A stretch of 64,000 nucleotides of DNA from Candidatus Microgenomates bacterium. GTDB taxonomy: Bacteria > Patescibacteriota > Microgenomatia > UBA1406 > GWC2-37-13. Made by a program: the position numbers and the translations under genes. Each line of letters starts with the position of its first letter. The first letter of the stretch is position 1. The notes beneath the pieces were generated by a model. The model made no database searches. It was not told where the DNA came from and saw only the letters and a program-made list of their open reading frames with translations. Positions 39,419-48,770 of this stretch are shown in pieces. Location of the stretch: the NCBI GenBank assembly GCA_025451885.1, contig JANWJL010000034.1:13149-77148 (forward strand). Direction: 5' to 3'.

Positions 39419-40470
39419 TGAACAGAGACGTATTTGAAGAGGACATAATAAGTATCGCCCGCTCCCTGAGTGAATTGACTTATAACCTCGAGGGTAAAAG
39501 AATGTTAATAACGGGTGGCAATGGTTTTTTGGGGAAGTATATGCTTGCTACATTAACCTATCTGAACAGGAATATCTTAAAAAAGAAGTGCGAAGTTGTT
39601 TCTGTTGATAATAACATTACTTCGACATCACAAAAACATCACTTATTGATAGATAAAAATATCAAATATTTGAGGCGGGATGTAATAAAACCGCTAAATA
39701 TCGGAGGCAAGGTAGACTATATAATCCACGCTGCGGGTATCGCTTCCCCTGTTTTTTATCAAAAGTATCCTCTTGAGACTATTGATGTAGCAGTCGTCGG
39801 AGTTAGAAATATGCTCAACCTGGCACGAAAAAAGGATTCAAAAAGCTTTTTGTATTTCAGTTCGAGCGAAATATACGGGAATCCCACTCAAGAGAATATC
39901 CCTACCAAGGAAGAATACAATGGAAATGTTTCCTGCACAGGAGATAGAGCCTGTTATGATGAGTCAAAAAGAATGGGGGAGACTCTTTGTATGACGTACT
40001 TCCGTTTATACAACACGCCTATAAAGATGGTCCGTCCGTTTAATGTCTTTGGACCGGGCATGAATTACAAAGACGGTCGAGTAATTCCGAGTTTTATTTA
40101 CAATGCTCTGAAGGGCAAATCTGTCCCGATTCATGTAAGCGGGAAACAAACGAGGACGTTTTGCTATATATCGGATGCTACAAATGCTTTTTTCAGAGTA
40201 CTGGTCAGCGGAAAAGCAGGAGAAGCTTACAACGTCGGCAGCAATACGGAAGAGATTACTATCAACACGCTTGCACAAAAATTCAATAAAGTATTTGATA
40301 ATAAATTCAGAGTAAGACACATACCGTATCCAAAGAACTATCCGCAAGATCAACCTCTGAGGAGATGTCCGGATTTATCTAAGATAGAAAAAGCCACCGG
40401 CTTTCGTTCGCTGACCAATCTGGAAGAGGGCTTGAAGAGGATGCTTGTCTGGAGCCGGCAAAATTGGTAA
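39418..40470 (+). CDS. UDP-glucuronate decarboxylase-like SDR (UXS / ArnA C-terminal domain-like)
   Basis: 'MLITGGNGFLGKY', 'SSSEIYGNP', 'CYDESKRMGETL', 'RPFNVFGPGM...DGRVIPSF', 'GKQTRTFCYISD'. The start overlaps the C-methyltransferase stop by 1 nt. Confidence 0.7.
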   Translation: MNRDVFEEDIISIARSLSELTYNLEGKRMLITGGNGFLGKYMLATLTYLNRNILKKKCEVVSVDNNITSTSQKHHLLIDKNIKYLRRDVIKPLNIGGKVDYIIHAAGIASPVFYQKYPLETIDVAVVGVRNMLNLARKKDSKSFLYFSSSEIYGNPTQENIPTKEEYNGNVSCTGDRACYDESKRMGETLCMTYFRLYNTPIKMVRPFNVFGPGMNYKDGRVIPSFIYNALKGKSVPIHVSGKQTRTFCYISDATNAFFRVLVSGKAGEAYNVGSNTEEITINTLAQKFNKVFDNKFRVRHIPYPKNYPQDQPLRRCPDLSKIEKATGFRSLTNLEEGLKRMLVWSRQNW

Positions 40471-40564
40471 TCTTCATACTTATTCGGCTTGTCAATGAGC
40501 TCCGTAGAGCGAATAGCTTCAAAACTGAAGTGCTCTAGATTATACTTATTGTTTGCAAGACTCC

Positions 40565-42763
40565 ATGAAAAGTCACTGGATCAAACAAATCTTTAATTCG
40601 AAGTTATTTTTAAGCCTTGTAGTAGTCGTAGTTTTATTAGTTTTATCGGCTATTCCGCCCCTTTACTCCTTCGGAAAACTCAGCGTAGGATACGATACCT
40701 TTATTCCTTTTTACCCCGAACACTCTCTTAAGATGATTTGGCAATGGACTGATCGATATAACGGTATATATACATTAAATCTTTATTCAGTCTGGATATC
40801 TGTCTTCCTGGTTTTAAAAAAAATCGGCTTGTCTATATATGAAGCAACATTTGTTTATCAAGTGTTGATTTTTTTCCTTTCCGGACTAGGAATCTATAAA
40901 TCGTTCAACCTCTTTAATAGTAGGGATAGTAAACTTTTTGGACTGGTTCCTGCAGCTTTTTTTATCTACTCTCCATACCTACTGGATCATCAACTCTATC
41001 AACTCGGCACCATAGGAATAGTATGGAGTATATATATTTTCTTAAAATTTGCAGTAAGGAAAAGGTTGGCCTTCTGGGATCCCATTATATTAAGCTGCTC
41101 CCTTTTGACCATCATCGATCTTCCAAATCCGAAATACCATTTTCTGCTTTTTGTTAGCTTTGTTTGTATAGTCTTTTTTTCTTATCTACTATCTATTATT
41201 GATTTTGAGGTAATAAAAAGAAATGTCAAACAATATATCTGGACTCTCCTTTTATCTTCATCTATAATTTTTCCCTTTTTGTATTTTGGCTATTCATTCC
41301 AGGCTTTTAATCCTTATCAGATCAGTATCAAGAAAGACTATGCTGCCAGTGGTGAAGCTATCGATTATGGAGTCGCGCTAATTCATAAGATGATCAGACT
41401 TTTTCATACTCCAAACCTCCCATCGCAGTCTGTAGAGATAATAAATTCAGCACTTCCTTTTTTCTCCTACTATCTGCTTCCAATTTTGATACTGGGAGTC
41501 TTTCCATTTGTGATCTATAAAACAAGCAAAAATAGAAGAAAGTATTTTTTTCTAATTTATCTTCTTGCGGTATTTTTCGTCTTTTTGTCAAAAGGCTCAA
41601 ATCCCCCCTATGGCGTCTTCTATGAGTTTTTACTCTCTGTCCGCCAACTTGTCTTCATGAGGACGACAGCAGGCATCGTAATCTATGCGGCAATATTTTA
41701 CGCCCTTATTTTTGGATTTTTATTTGAATACTTTTATCATCATGTAAAGAGTAAGTTTTTGACCGTTTTATTTTTTTCAATTCTAATCATTGTCTATGGT
41801 TTTCCTTACTGGTCCGGTCTGTACTACTTAAGCAGGGTCAACATCACCACAAAACAAGGAAAATACGGCATTACGATACCAAAAGATTATTTTCAAGCAG
41901 CAGATTTTCTTAAAAACCGCGACTCTGACAGTAAAATTCAAATTATTCCTTTTGTGGAAGGCTATCAGTCTAATTCGTGGGGCTACTTTGGATTCGTTTA
42001 TTATCCGTGGCTTTTCGAACAGCCAGTGGTAAGCTCGAGCCAGGACACAGTCGAAGGCCTTCTACAACAAAACACAAATACAAAGTACATCGTCTACGAC
42101 AAAAGCATCTTAAAACAAAAGACTTTTCCCGAGATTGTACTTCCCGAAGATTTGTTATTAATTTACAGCTCTAAGAATCTGGATATTTATCAAAAAAAGG
42201 TCGGAGACTATACTCCACATATCTACACATCGGGAAACAATTTGATTACTGATGCGATTCCCCACAATCTTCTTAACCAAACAGGGTTAAAAGATAAAAA
42301 CTCCAGTATCTTTTCCATTAACAACCAGCAGGATTTGCTTCTAAAAATTCCTGAAAAGGTTATAAATAAACCTAAAGTCCGTTATAGAAAGATAAATCCC
42401 ACTAAATATACAGTAGAGGTGCAGAACGCAACCGAGACATTTCCGTTAATTTTTACAGAAAATTTTCATCCGGATTGGAGATTATATCTTAAAAATGGGA
42501 GATCCTTGTTTGCGCCGGAGATCCGGGATTCACACCTTCTTGTAAATAAAAACTTTAACGCTTGGCTTATAAATCCTGCAGAATTATGCAAAAAGTTTAG
42601 CGGATGTACTCATAACGAAGACGGCTCCTACAATTTTGAATTTCAAATCGAGTTTTTTCCACAAAGGATCGCTAATGTTGGGATTATTGTAAGTCTTGTC
42701 TCTCTTGTTTTATATGTAGTAATCCAGGGTTATTTTTTATCAAAAAAATCACATGAGAGTTAA
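40565..42763 (+). CDS. large polytopic membrane protein, probable GT-C glycosyltransferase (YfhO/DUF3367-like)
   Basis: About 730 aa. The N-terminal two thirds are strongly hydrophobic, followed by an extracytoplasmic domain containing 'FTENFHPDWRLYLKNG' and a final C-terminal TM 'VGIIVSLVSLVLYVVIQGYF'. This architecture is shared by YfhO-type transferases. Start set at ATG 40565. Confidence 0.45.
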   Translation: MKSHWIKQIFNSKLFLSLVVVVVLLVLSAIPPLYSFGKLSVGYDTFIPFYPEHSLKMIWQWTDRYNGIYTLNLYSVWISVFLVLKKIGLSIYEATFVYQVLIFFLSGLGIYKSFNLFNSRDSKLFGLVPAAFFIYSPYLLDHQLYQLGTIGIVWSIYIFLKFAVRKRLAFWDPIILSCSLLTIIDLPNPKYHFLLFVSFVCIVFFSYLLSIIDFEVIKRNVKQYIWTLLLSSSIIFPFLYFGYSFQAFNPYQISIKKDYAASGEAIDYGVALIHKMIRLFHTPNLPSQSVEIINSALPFFSYYLLPILILGVFPFVIYKTSKNRRKYFFLIYLLAVFFVFLSKGSNPPYGVFYEFLLSVRQLVFMRTTAGIVIYAAIFYALIFGFLFEYFYHHVKSKFLTVLFFSILIIVYGFPYWSGLYYLSRVNITTKQGKYGITIPKDYFQAADFLKNRDSDSKIQIIPFVEGYQSNSWGYFGFVYYPWLFEQPVVSSSQDTVEGLLQQNTNTKYIVYDKSILKQKTFPEIVLPEDLLLIYSSKNLDIYQKKVGDYTPHIYTSGNNLITDAIPHNLLNQTGLKDKNSSIFSINNQQDLLLKIPEKVINKPKVRYRKINPTKYTVEVQNATETFPLIFTENFHPDWRLYLKNGRSLFAPEIRDSHLLVNKNFNAWLINPAELCKKFSGCTHNEDGSYNFEFQIEFFPQRIANVGIIVSLVSLVLYVVIQGYFLSKKSHES

Positions 42764-45215
42764 GCGCTTAGTTATTTGGGCTCTTGTCTTACTAAATTTA
42801 TCGATTGTCTTACTTTTTTTTTGGAAACTGAATTTTAAATCAAAAAATGAGTCTGTTTTAAAAAATGTTAGTGAACCCTATAAAGAATACGTCTATGAAC
42901 CTACATATGCTACATATCCGATTTTTCAGGCTCCTGTCAACTACCCTTTTATTAAAACTCCTCCCTGGGATATAAAATACGCCTTTTTAACTTTTAGAGA
43001 AGAATTCCATCTGAATACGAAAAGATATGATGAATTATTTTTTGCAGAAAAACGAATTGCCGAAGTTTTACTTTGGGGTAAAAATTTGTCAGTTTCTCGG
43101 GATCCGGAATTAAACAAGCTCGTCCATAAGAAAACCGACAGGAATTCTGTCGTAAACAGTCTAAAGAAATGGTGGAAGAATCAACTGCTCAAAAAATATG
43201 ATTCGTGGGAGGCGTCTTTTGTACGATACCTTTCAAGAGTAGAGAACCGTATTGAAGAATTGTCAAAAAGCAAACTTTCTCAAAAAGATCTGAATTCGGA
43301 AAAAATATATTTAGCCTCGCATTTGAAAGCCCACTATATTGATGTCAATAAGACCATCCGGGAAAGCGGGAAATCACAGGAAGATAGGAAATACCTCTCC
43401 TATATAAATACTTCTATTTTCAATTATCTTAATAATAAAACGCTGGACGGTGTCTCGACTATCAACGAAAATCAAATCAGTCTTTCTCTTATAAAGCCCT
43501 TCGTGGAAAAAGAATTCGGATTATATGACATTTTTATCTTTGATGTTCCTGACAGATGGAGGTCGTTAAGTCCTATTACGCTTAAGGGGGGTAACAGGGT
43601 CGTCGATTTAACAACTTCAAATGAAGGTCTAATGAGTTCTGACCTTGAAGTATCAAAAAATACAAAGAGCTCTGAAAAAGTTCTCATCGATTATCCAAGG
43701 ATCGATCTTGCCGGCAATATTATCTGGACCTGGGATAGAAAAAATAAAGATTTCCAAGCAGAAATAGACTCGGATGGTTTTGATCGTTACCTTATTCATA
43801 TAGAGTCGAACCAAACCGAACCGTATCTTTTTAAAGTCCTTGAAATTAAAAGAGCAATAATAAGAGGCCGGTTGATACAACATTCTTCAGAGTTGATAAA
43901 TGAAGAAATTAACCCTCAAGGCAAAAAAGTAGTAATAGAGCGTAATTTTTCAACTTCCAGTAAAAATAAGGATTTCATCTTAAGACTCGTAATCATTCCG
44001 AAAAAAAAGATTTCTTCACTGAATCCGTATCAAACATCTCTTAAGTTATTTTCTATGACCGATCCTTTGATAGTTTTGAAAAAAAAAGCTCCTCTCTCTG
44101 TACAAAAAAATATAGCAGTTCAGGATAATTTTTTTCTCACCAGCGCTCTACGCTTTTTGGTTTATATTGATGTCATATTTGTACTCTTATTTATTTCTAC
44201 CTTTATTTTCAGAAAGACAAAAAAATATTACGAACAGCTGAGAAGACTGATCCGCTATTTGCGCTACCCTCTACTTATTTTATTTGTAATAGGATTATTA
44301 TTTGATATCTTCGTCTATAAAAATTATTCCTCAATAATATTTCTTTCTCTAACCTTCACCTGGCTGCTAATTGTAATCGGATTCCAATTGCAAGAACTTA
44401 CCGGGTATAATCTCGCGCTATTTTTTCTCATTGCCGTTCCTTTTTTTGTGTTTAGCGGTAGGGAACTTATAGCAGATAAGATTGCGGTTTGGTCCTTTAA
44501 TCTCATCATACTTTCGAGTATCAGCTTTTTATGGACTGTAGAGAAACCCGTCCTTTATGCTCCGCGCTCCTTTACGTTAATCCGAACGATTCTTACGCCA
44601 ATAGAGCTTGTTTTCAGTGGAATAGATAAATTCATAAAAAGGCTCATACGATTAACTAAAAATTTTGTCCTAAGTCTTTTTAATATGCAGCCTGAGACAT
44701 TCTGGGATCATCTACTCAACTATATCAAAGCTATCATCCTAACCATTTTCGTCATACTTTTGGTTTATGGTATATCGGTAGCTGCGGTTCTCGTAAACAA
44801 ACAGGTTCAAATAAGAAGAGAGAAAGAAATCCAACTTTCACGTCATCCTAAAATTTCTTCAATTGAACCTCGTATAGTTTACTTTTCTACAAAAGTTGTC
44901 TTGAAAGGGACAAATTTCGGTTGGCTTCAGAAAGATAAAGTAAGACTTTTCAACGATGGCGAACCTGTTGTCGCAGATTTTTGGTCGGATAATAAGATCA
45001 TCTTCACTGTGCCTCTCCACTGGAAGCTTGGAACAAACAATCTATGGATAAAAAAGAGGGTTTTATGGAAAGATAAAAGTTATGATGCTCAAAGTAATAT
45101 CATAGAACTAAAAGTTATACCCAGGACGAACAGCTTTACAGAGCAGGACGACGAGTATTTCAATCAGCTTAAGTATCTTGATAAAGAAACGTTGCAGATC
45201 AATGGCTATAGATAG
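42753..45215 (+). CDS. hypothetical 820-aa membrane protein with C-terminal IPT/TIG-like domain
   Basis: N-terminal anchor 'LVIWALVLLNLSIVLLFFW', a ~430-aa Lys/Asn-rich ectodomain, and an internal block of ~6 TM helices (residues ~455-680). The last ~100 aa, 'IEPRIVYFSTKVVLKGTNFGW...IIFTVPLHWKLGTNNLWI', follow the IPT/TIG beta-sandwich pattern. Overlaps the upstream gene by 11 nt. Confidence 0.45.
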   Translation: MRVKRLVIWALVLLNLSIVLLFFWKLNFKSKNESVLKNVSEPYKEYVYEPTYATYPIFQAPVNYPFIKTPPWDIKYAFLTFREEFHLNTKRYDELFFAEKRIAEVLLWGKNLSVSRDPELNKLVHKKTDRNSVVNSLKKWWKNQLLKKYDSWEASFVRYLSRVENRIEELSKSKLSQKDLNSEKIYLASHLKAHYIDVNKTIRESGKSQEDRKYLSYINTSIFNYLNNKTLDGVSTINENQISLSLIKPFVEKEFGLYDIFIFDVPDRWRSLSPITLKGGNRVVDLTTSNEGLMSSDLEVSKNTKSSEKVLIDYPRIDLAGNIIWTWDRKNKDFQAEIDSDGFDRYLIHIESNQTEPYLFKVLEIKRAIIRGRLIQHSSELINEEINPQGKKVVIERNFSTSSKNKDFILRLVIIPKKKISSLNPYQTSLKLFSMTDPLIVLKKKAPLSVQKNIAVQDNFFLTSALRFLVYIDVIFVLLFISTFIFRKTKKYYEQLRRLIRYLRYPLLILFVIGLLFDIFVYKNYSSIIFLSLTFTWLLIVIGFQLQELTGYNLALFFLIAVPFFVFSGRELIADKIAVWSFNLIILSSISFLWTVEKPVLYAPRSFTLIRTILTPIELVFSGIDKFIKRLIRLTKNFVLSLFNMQPETFWDHLLNYIKAIILTIFVILLVYGISVAAVLVNKQVQIRREKEIQLSRHPKISSIEPRIVYFSTKVVLKGTNFGWLQKDKVRLFNDGEPVVADFWSDNKIIFTVPLHWKLGTNNLWIKKRVLWKDKSYDAQSNIIELKVIPRTNSFTEQDDEYFNQLKYLDKETLQINGYR

Positions 45216-45255
45216 ATAAAACGGGTAAAAAACTTTATAATACCCACGAGACCCC

Positions 45256-46839
45256 ATGAATAAAACTACTCTAAAGTCGAATTTTTTTATTTTACTGTTG
45301 TTTGGAACTATTATCATTAGTTTCTTCTTCCGGTTTAAAGGAATTACAAATAATCATCCGTTTTGGGTGGATGAGTACAGTAGCGCAAGACAGGCACGAT
45401 TAATACAGATGTATGGTACTGCTGTTTTTAAATCTCTTAACAAAGCTCCTCTTTATTTTGAAAATCGTAATATAACGACCCATTTTTTAATCGCCTGGTT
45501 TTTTAAACTTTTTGGTGAATCCGAATGGACAGCCCGTCTTCCTATCGTGATCATTGGCGCAATTGTACCTGCCGCTGTTATGATACTGGCTAGACGGCTC
45601 TATGGCTTTCGTGTCGCAGTACTATCCGGATTACTAACTACCCTTTCGTATTACGAGATCACGTGGTCGCGCCAGGCAAGGGGATATATGATTCAACAGT
45701 TATTAGCACTCCTTGCAGTTTTTTTCTATCTAAGACTGCGGGAAAATAAAAACATCCTGAATCTCGCACTTTTGACTTTTTTGATCGTCTTGGGCGTTGC
45801 AACTCATCCACTGTTTTTTGTCTTGGTGATCGCTTTTTTTATTCACTATATAATCACACACAGACAAAAAGAGGTAGTCGCAATCATTAAGAATCCTTTA
45901 ATTATTCTCTCTTTAATATTTTTGATTGGCCTGGCATACGGAATCGGATCGTTTAGTGTGATTTTGAAGAGTATAGGCAATGTCAACAACCTCTGGTACT
46001 ATCATGCTTTTTTTGTTAGAGAATACGGAGTCCTAACTTTTTTGGCATTGGTCGGAGGACTGATGGCGGTTTTTTCCGAATTTCGACATAAAGTAACGTC
46101 TTTGCTCGTCGTACTCTATGTTGCGCTCCATTTGTTCTTTTTGTCGTTTTTCTTTGGTCCCTATATCTCCAGATATATAAATCCCGTGTTTCCTTTTATC
46201 CTTCTTCTTGCATCTTACTCGATAGTAAAGATATCTGATCTTTTTCTTGTTAGCATAAGACAAAAAAAATACATCTTCTACATAATCACTCCTTTAATTC
46301 TCGTTTTTATTATCATTTTTGATCGGAATAAATTTGTCACCAATCCTAAATGGGAATACTACTCGGTGAACCACGATTTTAGAGAGATTGCACTGATTGA
46401 TTACCAACGTGTATATGAAATAGTAAAGACCAAAGGAAGTTTTAAAAATCATCAGACTGCAATTATTGAGACCTGGCTTGATAGACCGAGATGGTTTATG
46501 GGAGAAAATTTTTCCGACCTTTATCAACTTACTTGGAAAGATGTTGGCCTGGTAAACGGTATTCCTGTGGGCTATGAAAGTTATTTCTATAATAATGAGG
46601 GTGTAAAACTTTCAAAGGCTTACCCAAAGATAGGCATTATCAGTGAAACTTCAGACTTAAAAAAAGCAATAAAGAAATATCCGAGGGGATTTATTTTTAT
46701 TGACGACGCTTCATTGCCCAAAGACGTCCAAGAATATGTAGATAAAAATTTGAAAAAAGAACTTTATCTGGACCATTATCCTCTAGACGACAATCCCTAT
46801 TCAATATGGCCTGCAACTTTGTACAGCTGGGGGATATAA
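45256..46839 (+). CDS. GT-C fold membrane glycosyltransferase (GT39/ArnT/PMT_2-like)
   Basis: 'FRFKGITNNHPFWVDEYSSARQA' first-loop DE motif, ~11 TM helices, and a soluble C-terminal ~170 aa. Confidence 0.6.
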   Translation: MNKTTLKSNFFILLLFGTIIISFFFRFKGITNNHPFWVDEYSSARQARLIQMYGTAVFKSLNKAPLYFENRNITTHFLIAWFFKLFGESEWTARLPIVIIGAIVPAAVMILARRLYGFRVAVLSGLLTTLSYYEITWSRQARGYMIQQLLALLAVFFYLRLRENKNILNLALLTFLIVLGVATHPLFFVLVIAFFIHYIITHRQKEVVAIIKNPLIILSLIFLIGLAYGIGSFSVILKSIGNVNNLWYYHAFFVREYGVLTFLALVGGLMAVFSEFRHKVTSLLVVLYVALHLFFLSFFFGPYISRYINPVFPFILLLASYSIVKISDLFLVSIRQKKYIFYIITPLILVFIIIFDRNKFVTNPKWEYYSVNHDFREIALIDYQRVYEIVKTKGSFKNHQTAIIETWLDRPRWFMGENFSDLYQLTWKDVGLVNGIPVGYESYFYNNEGVKLSKAYPKIGIISETSDLKKAIKKYPRGFIFIDDASLPKDVQEYVDKNLKKELYLDHYPLDDNPYSIWPATLYSWGI

Positions 46840-46845
46840 TAGATT

Positions 46846-48033
46846 GTGCTCAAAGATTTATTTAAGCGCTCCGGCATATACTTCGGCGGTCTTACTATAA
46901 GCAGACTGCTAAGCACAGCTATATTTATTCTATTTGCACGGGCACTTACCCCTTCGTCATTCGGAGAATTGGTTCTTTTTTATACGCTGGTTTTAACCAT
47001 AACCTACTTTGCAGACTTTGGATTAAACCAATGGTATCAAAAGAAAGCCCATGAAGAAGAAAAAAAGGAACTTTATCATAGAGTAATACATGCGCGTATT
47101 TTCACACTTATTATCTCTTTAGTAATTTCCGCGATTATTTTGTATTTTACCCGTTCGTTCTCAACAGTAGTTTCACTGATCTTTTTGATAGTCCTCATAC
47201 TTGAGGCGTTTATCTCGATCGTGGATGGATATTTTCTCGAAAGGAAACAGTCTGGAAAGCTATCTCTAAAAACTTCGGTGAGAATGGTAGCTTATTTAAT
47301 TGGTTACGCGTTTACATATAAATTTTTTACTTTTGAGATAGCAATATATCTTTATTTCATAGCTTCGACTATCACTGCCCTTTGGATTTTCCCGTGGAAA
47401 GCTCTAAAAGGAATAAAACCTTCGTCTCTTAAGGAAATATTAAAAACTCTAAAAGGGTCTTCGTCGTATGCTTTTCTCATTGCCACTTCCTTTGCATATA
47501 GTAGAGGAGATTCGCTGATTGTACGTTATGCTCTGAATAGTAGCGCTTTGGGAATTTATGGAGCTGCGTATCGGTACCTCGAGGGAATAAGTCTTTTGCC
47601 CACGGCTCTCTCCCATAATCTTTTTCCGATTTCTGCAAAAGAATCAACGTTAAGTTCCGGTCATCTGGTAAGAATTACTTTTATTATGCTTTTTTTGGGT
47701 CTTTTATCATCAATATGCATTTATTTGCTTTCCGGCTGGCTGATAGTAACAATAATCGGTCCAGCATATGTCGGGGCAGTACAGGTAATGAAAATTTTTG
47801 CAGGAGTAGTTTTATTTTTCTTTCTTAATGCGCCTTTAGCAACGGTTGTACAAAGTTCACGGTTGCTTAAAAGATTTCTTCCCTACGGAATCTTTAATAC
47901 AGCTCTTAACATTGGATTGAACATTGTATTCGTTCCGGTACTTGGTGTTGTAGCTGCTGCATGGGTTATGCTAATCACAGAAATTACAGGTTTTCTTATC
48001 AATGTTTATTTTGCCAGACAGGTTTATTTATGA
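46846..48033 (+). CDS. MOP-superfamily flippase (Wzx-like)
   Basis: 'IYFGGLTISRLLSTAIFILFARALTPSSFGELVLFYTLV' N-terminus with ~12 TM helices. GTG start as given in the ORF track. Confidence 0.55.
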   Translation: MLKDLFKRSGIYFGGLTISRLLSTAIFILFARALTPSSFGELVLFYTLVLTITYFADFGLNQWYQKKAHEEEKKELYHRVIHARIFTLIISLVISAIILYFTRSFSTVVSLIFLIVLILEAFISIVDGYFLERKQSGKLSLKTSVRMVAYLIGYAFTYKFFTFEIAIYLYFIASTITALWIFPWKALKGIKPSSLKEILKTLKGSSSYAFLIATSFAYSRGDSLIVRYALNSSALGIYGAAYRYLEGISLLPTALSHNLFPISAKESTLSSGHLVRITFIMLFLGLLSSICIYLLSGWLIVTIIGPAYVGAVQVMKIFAGVVLFFFLNAPLATVVQSSRLLKRFLPYGIFNTALNIGLNIVFVPVLGVVAAAWVMLITEITGFLINVYFARQVYL

Positions 48034-48770
48034 AGGTTAGTATAGTCATTGTCCACTGGAACACCCCGGATTCACTCCGCAAACTACTTGCTTTACTTAG
48101 AAAAAGCGACGCGCTTCAGATAATAGTTGTAGATAATCACTCAAAAAAAAATGTGTCCTGGGTAAAAGACAAAAATATGAGTGTTGCATTAATCCAGAAT
48201 AAAATAAACAAAGGATATGCTGCAGCTTGTAATCAAGGAGCAGAAATATCCCGAGGGGAATGGATTGTTTTTTTGAATCCTGACGTATCGATCAGTGCAA
48301 AACAAATCTTAAATTTAATAGAAGAGGCAGAAAATAAGAATTACGATGCTTTTTCTATAGCTATAACTGAGAAATATAAAAAACCGATTCCGTCCGGACT
48401 TTCTCTTCTTTCCGAATTCACTCCTTTGAAACATATAATCCCGCTGTCAATATTCCCAAAGAAGACATTAACGGGAGGATTGCTTTTTATTAAAAAAAAG
48501 GTCTTAAAAGATATCGGAGGATGGGATGAGAAGTTTTATCTTTGGTTTGAGGATTCCGATCTTTCCCGCAGACTGGTTAATGAAGGTTATAAAGTGGGGT
48601 GGTTGAAGGGTCGCATTCAACACAAGGGGGGAGAGTCATTCTCTCTACTCGATGAAAAAAAAAGGAGGGAATTGTTTTTTAAATCGATGGATACCTATGC
48701 AAAAAAACATTTAACTTTGTTTGGACAAAGCGTTGTCCGGATACTAAACTACCGCTACGCTTATGAGTAA
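48030..48770 (+). CDS. family 2 glycosyltransferase
   Basis: 'VSIVIVHWNTPD', 'IIVVDNHS', 'VFLNPDV', 'FEDSDLSRR'. Start set at ATG 48030 (ATGA overlap with the flippase stop), not 47961. Confidence 0.75.
   Translation: MKVSIVIVHWNTPDSLRKLLALLRKSDALQIIVVDNHSKKNVSWVKDKNMSVALIQNKINKGYAAACNQGAEISRGEWIVFLNPDVSISAKQILNLIEEAENKNYDAFSIAITEKYKKPIPSGLSLLSEFTPLKHIIPLSIFPKKTLTGGLLFIKKKVLKDIGGWDEKFYLWFEDSDLSRRLVNEGYKVGWLKGRIQHKGGESFSLLDEKKRRELFFKSMDTYAKKHLTLFGQSVVRILNYRYAYE

Noticed and set aside
40471-40552. Possible rho-independent terminator after the UXS-like gene
   Set aside because: Only weak stems are present (TATTCG/CGAATA with a 24-nt loop; CTTCA/TGAAG with a 4-nt loop) and no U-tract follows. 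That is not convincing.
47961-48029. Upstream ORF extensions at 47961, 50819, 53289, 29104, 4176 and 40553
   Set aside because: In each case the recognisable homologous N-terminus begins at a downstream ATG: 48030, 50897, 53238, 29137, 4224 and 40565. The extension overlaps the preceding gene or uses a non-ATG codon.
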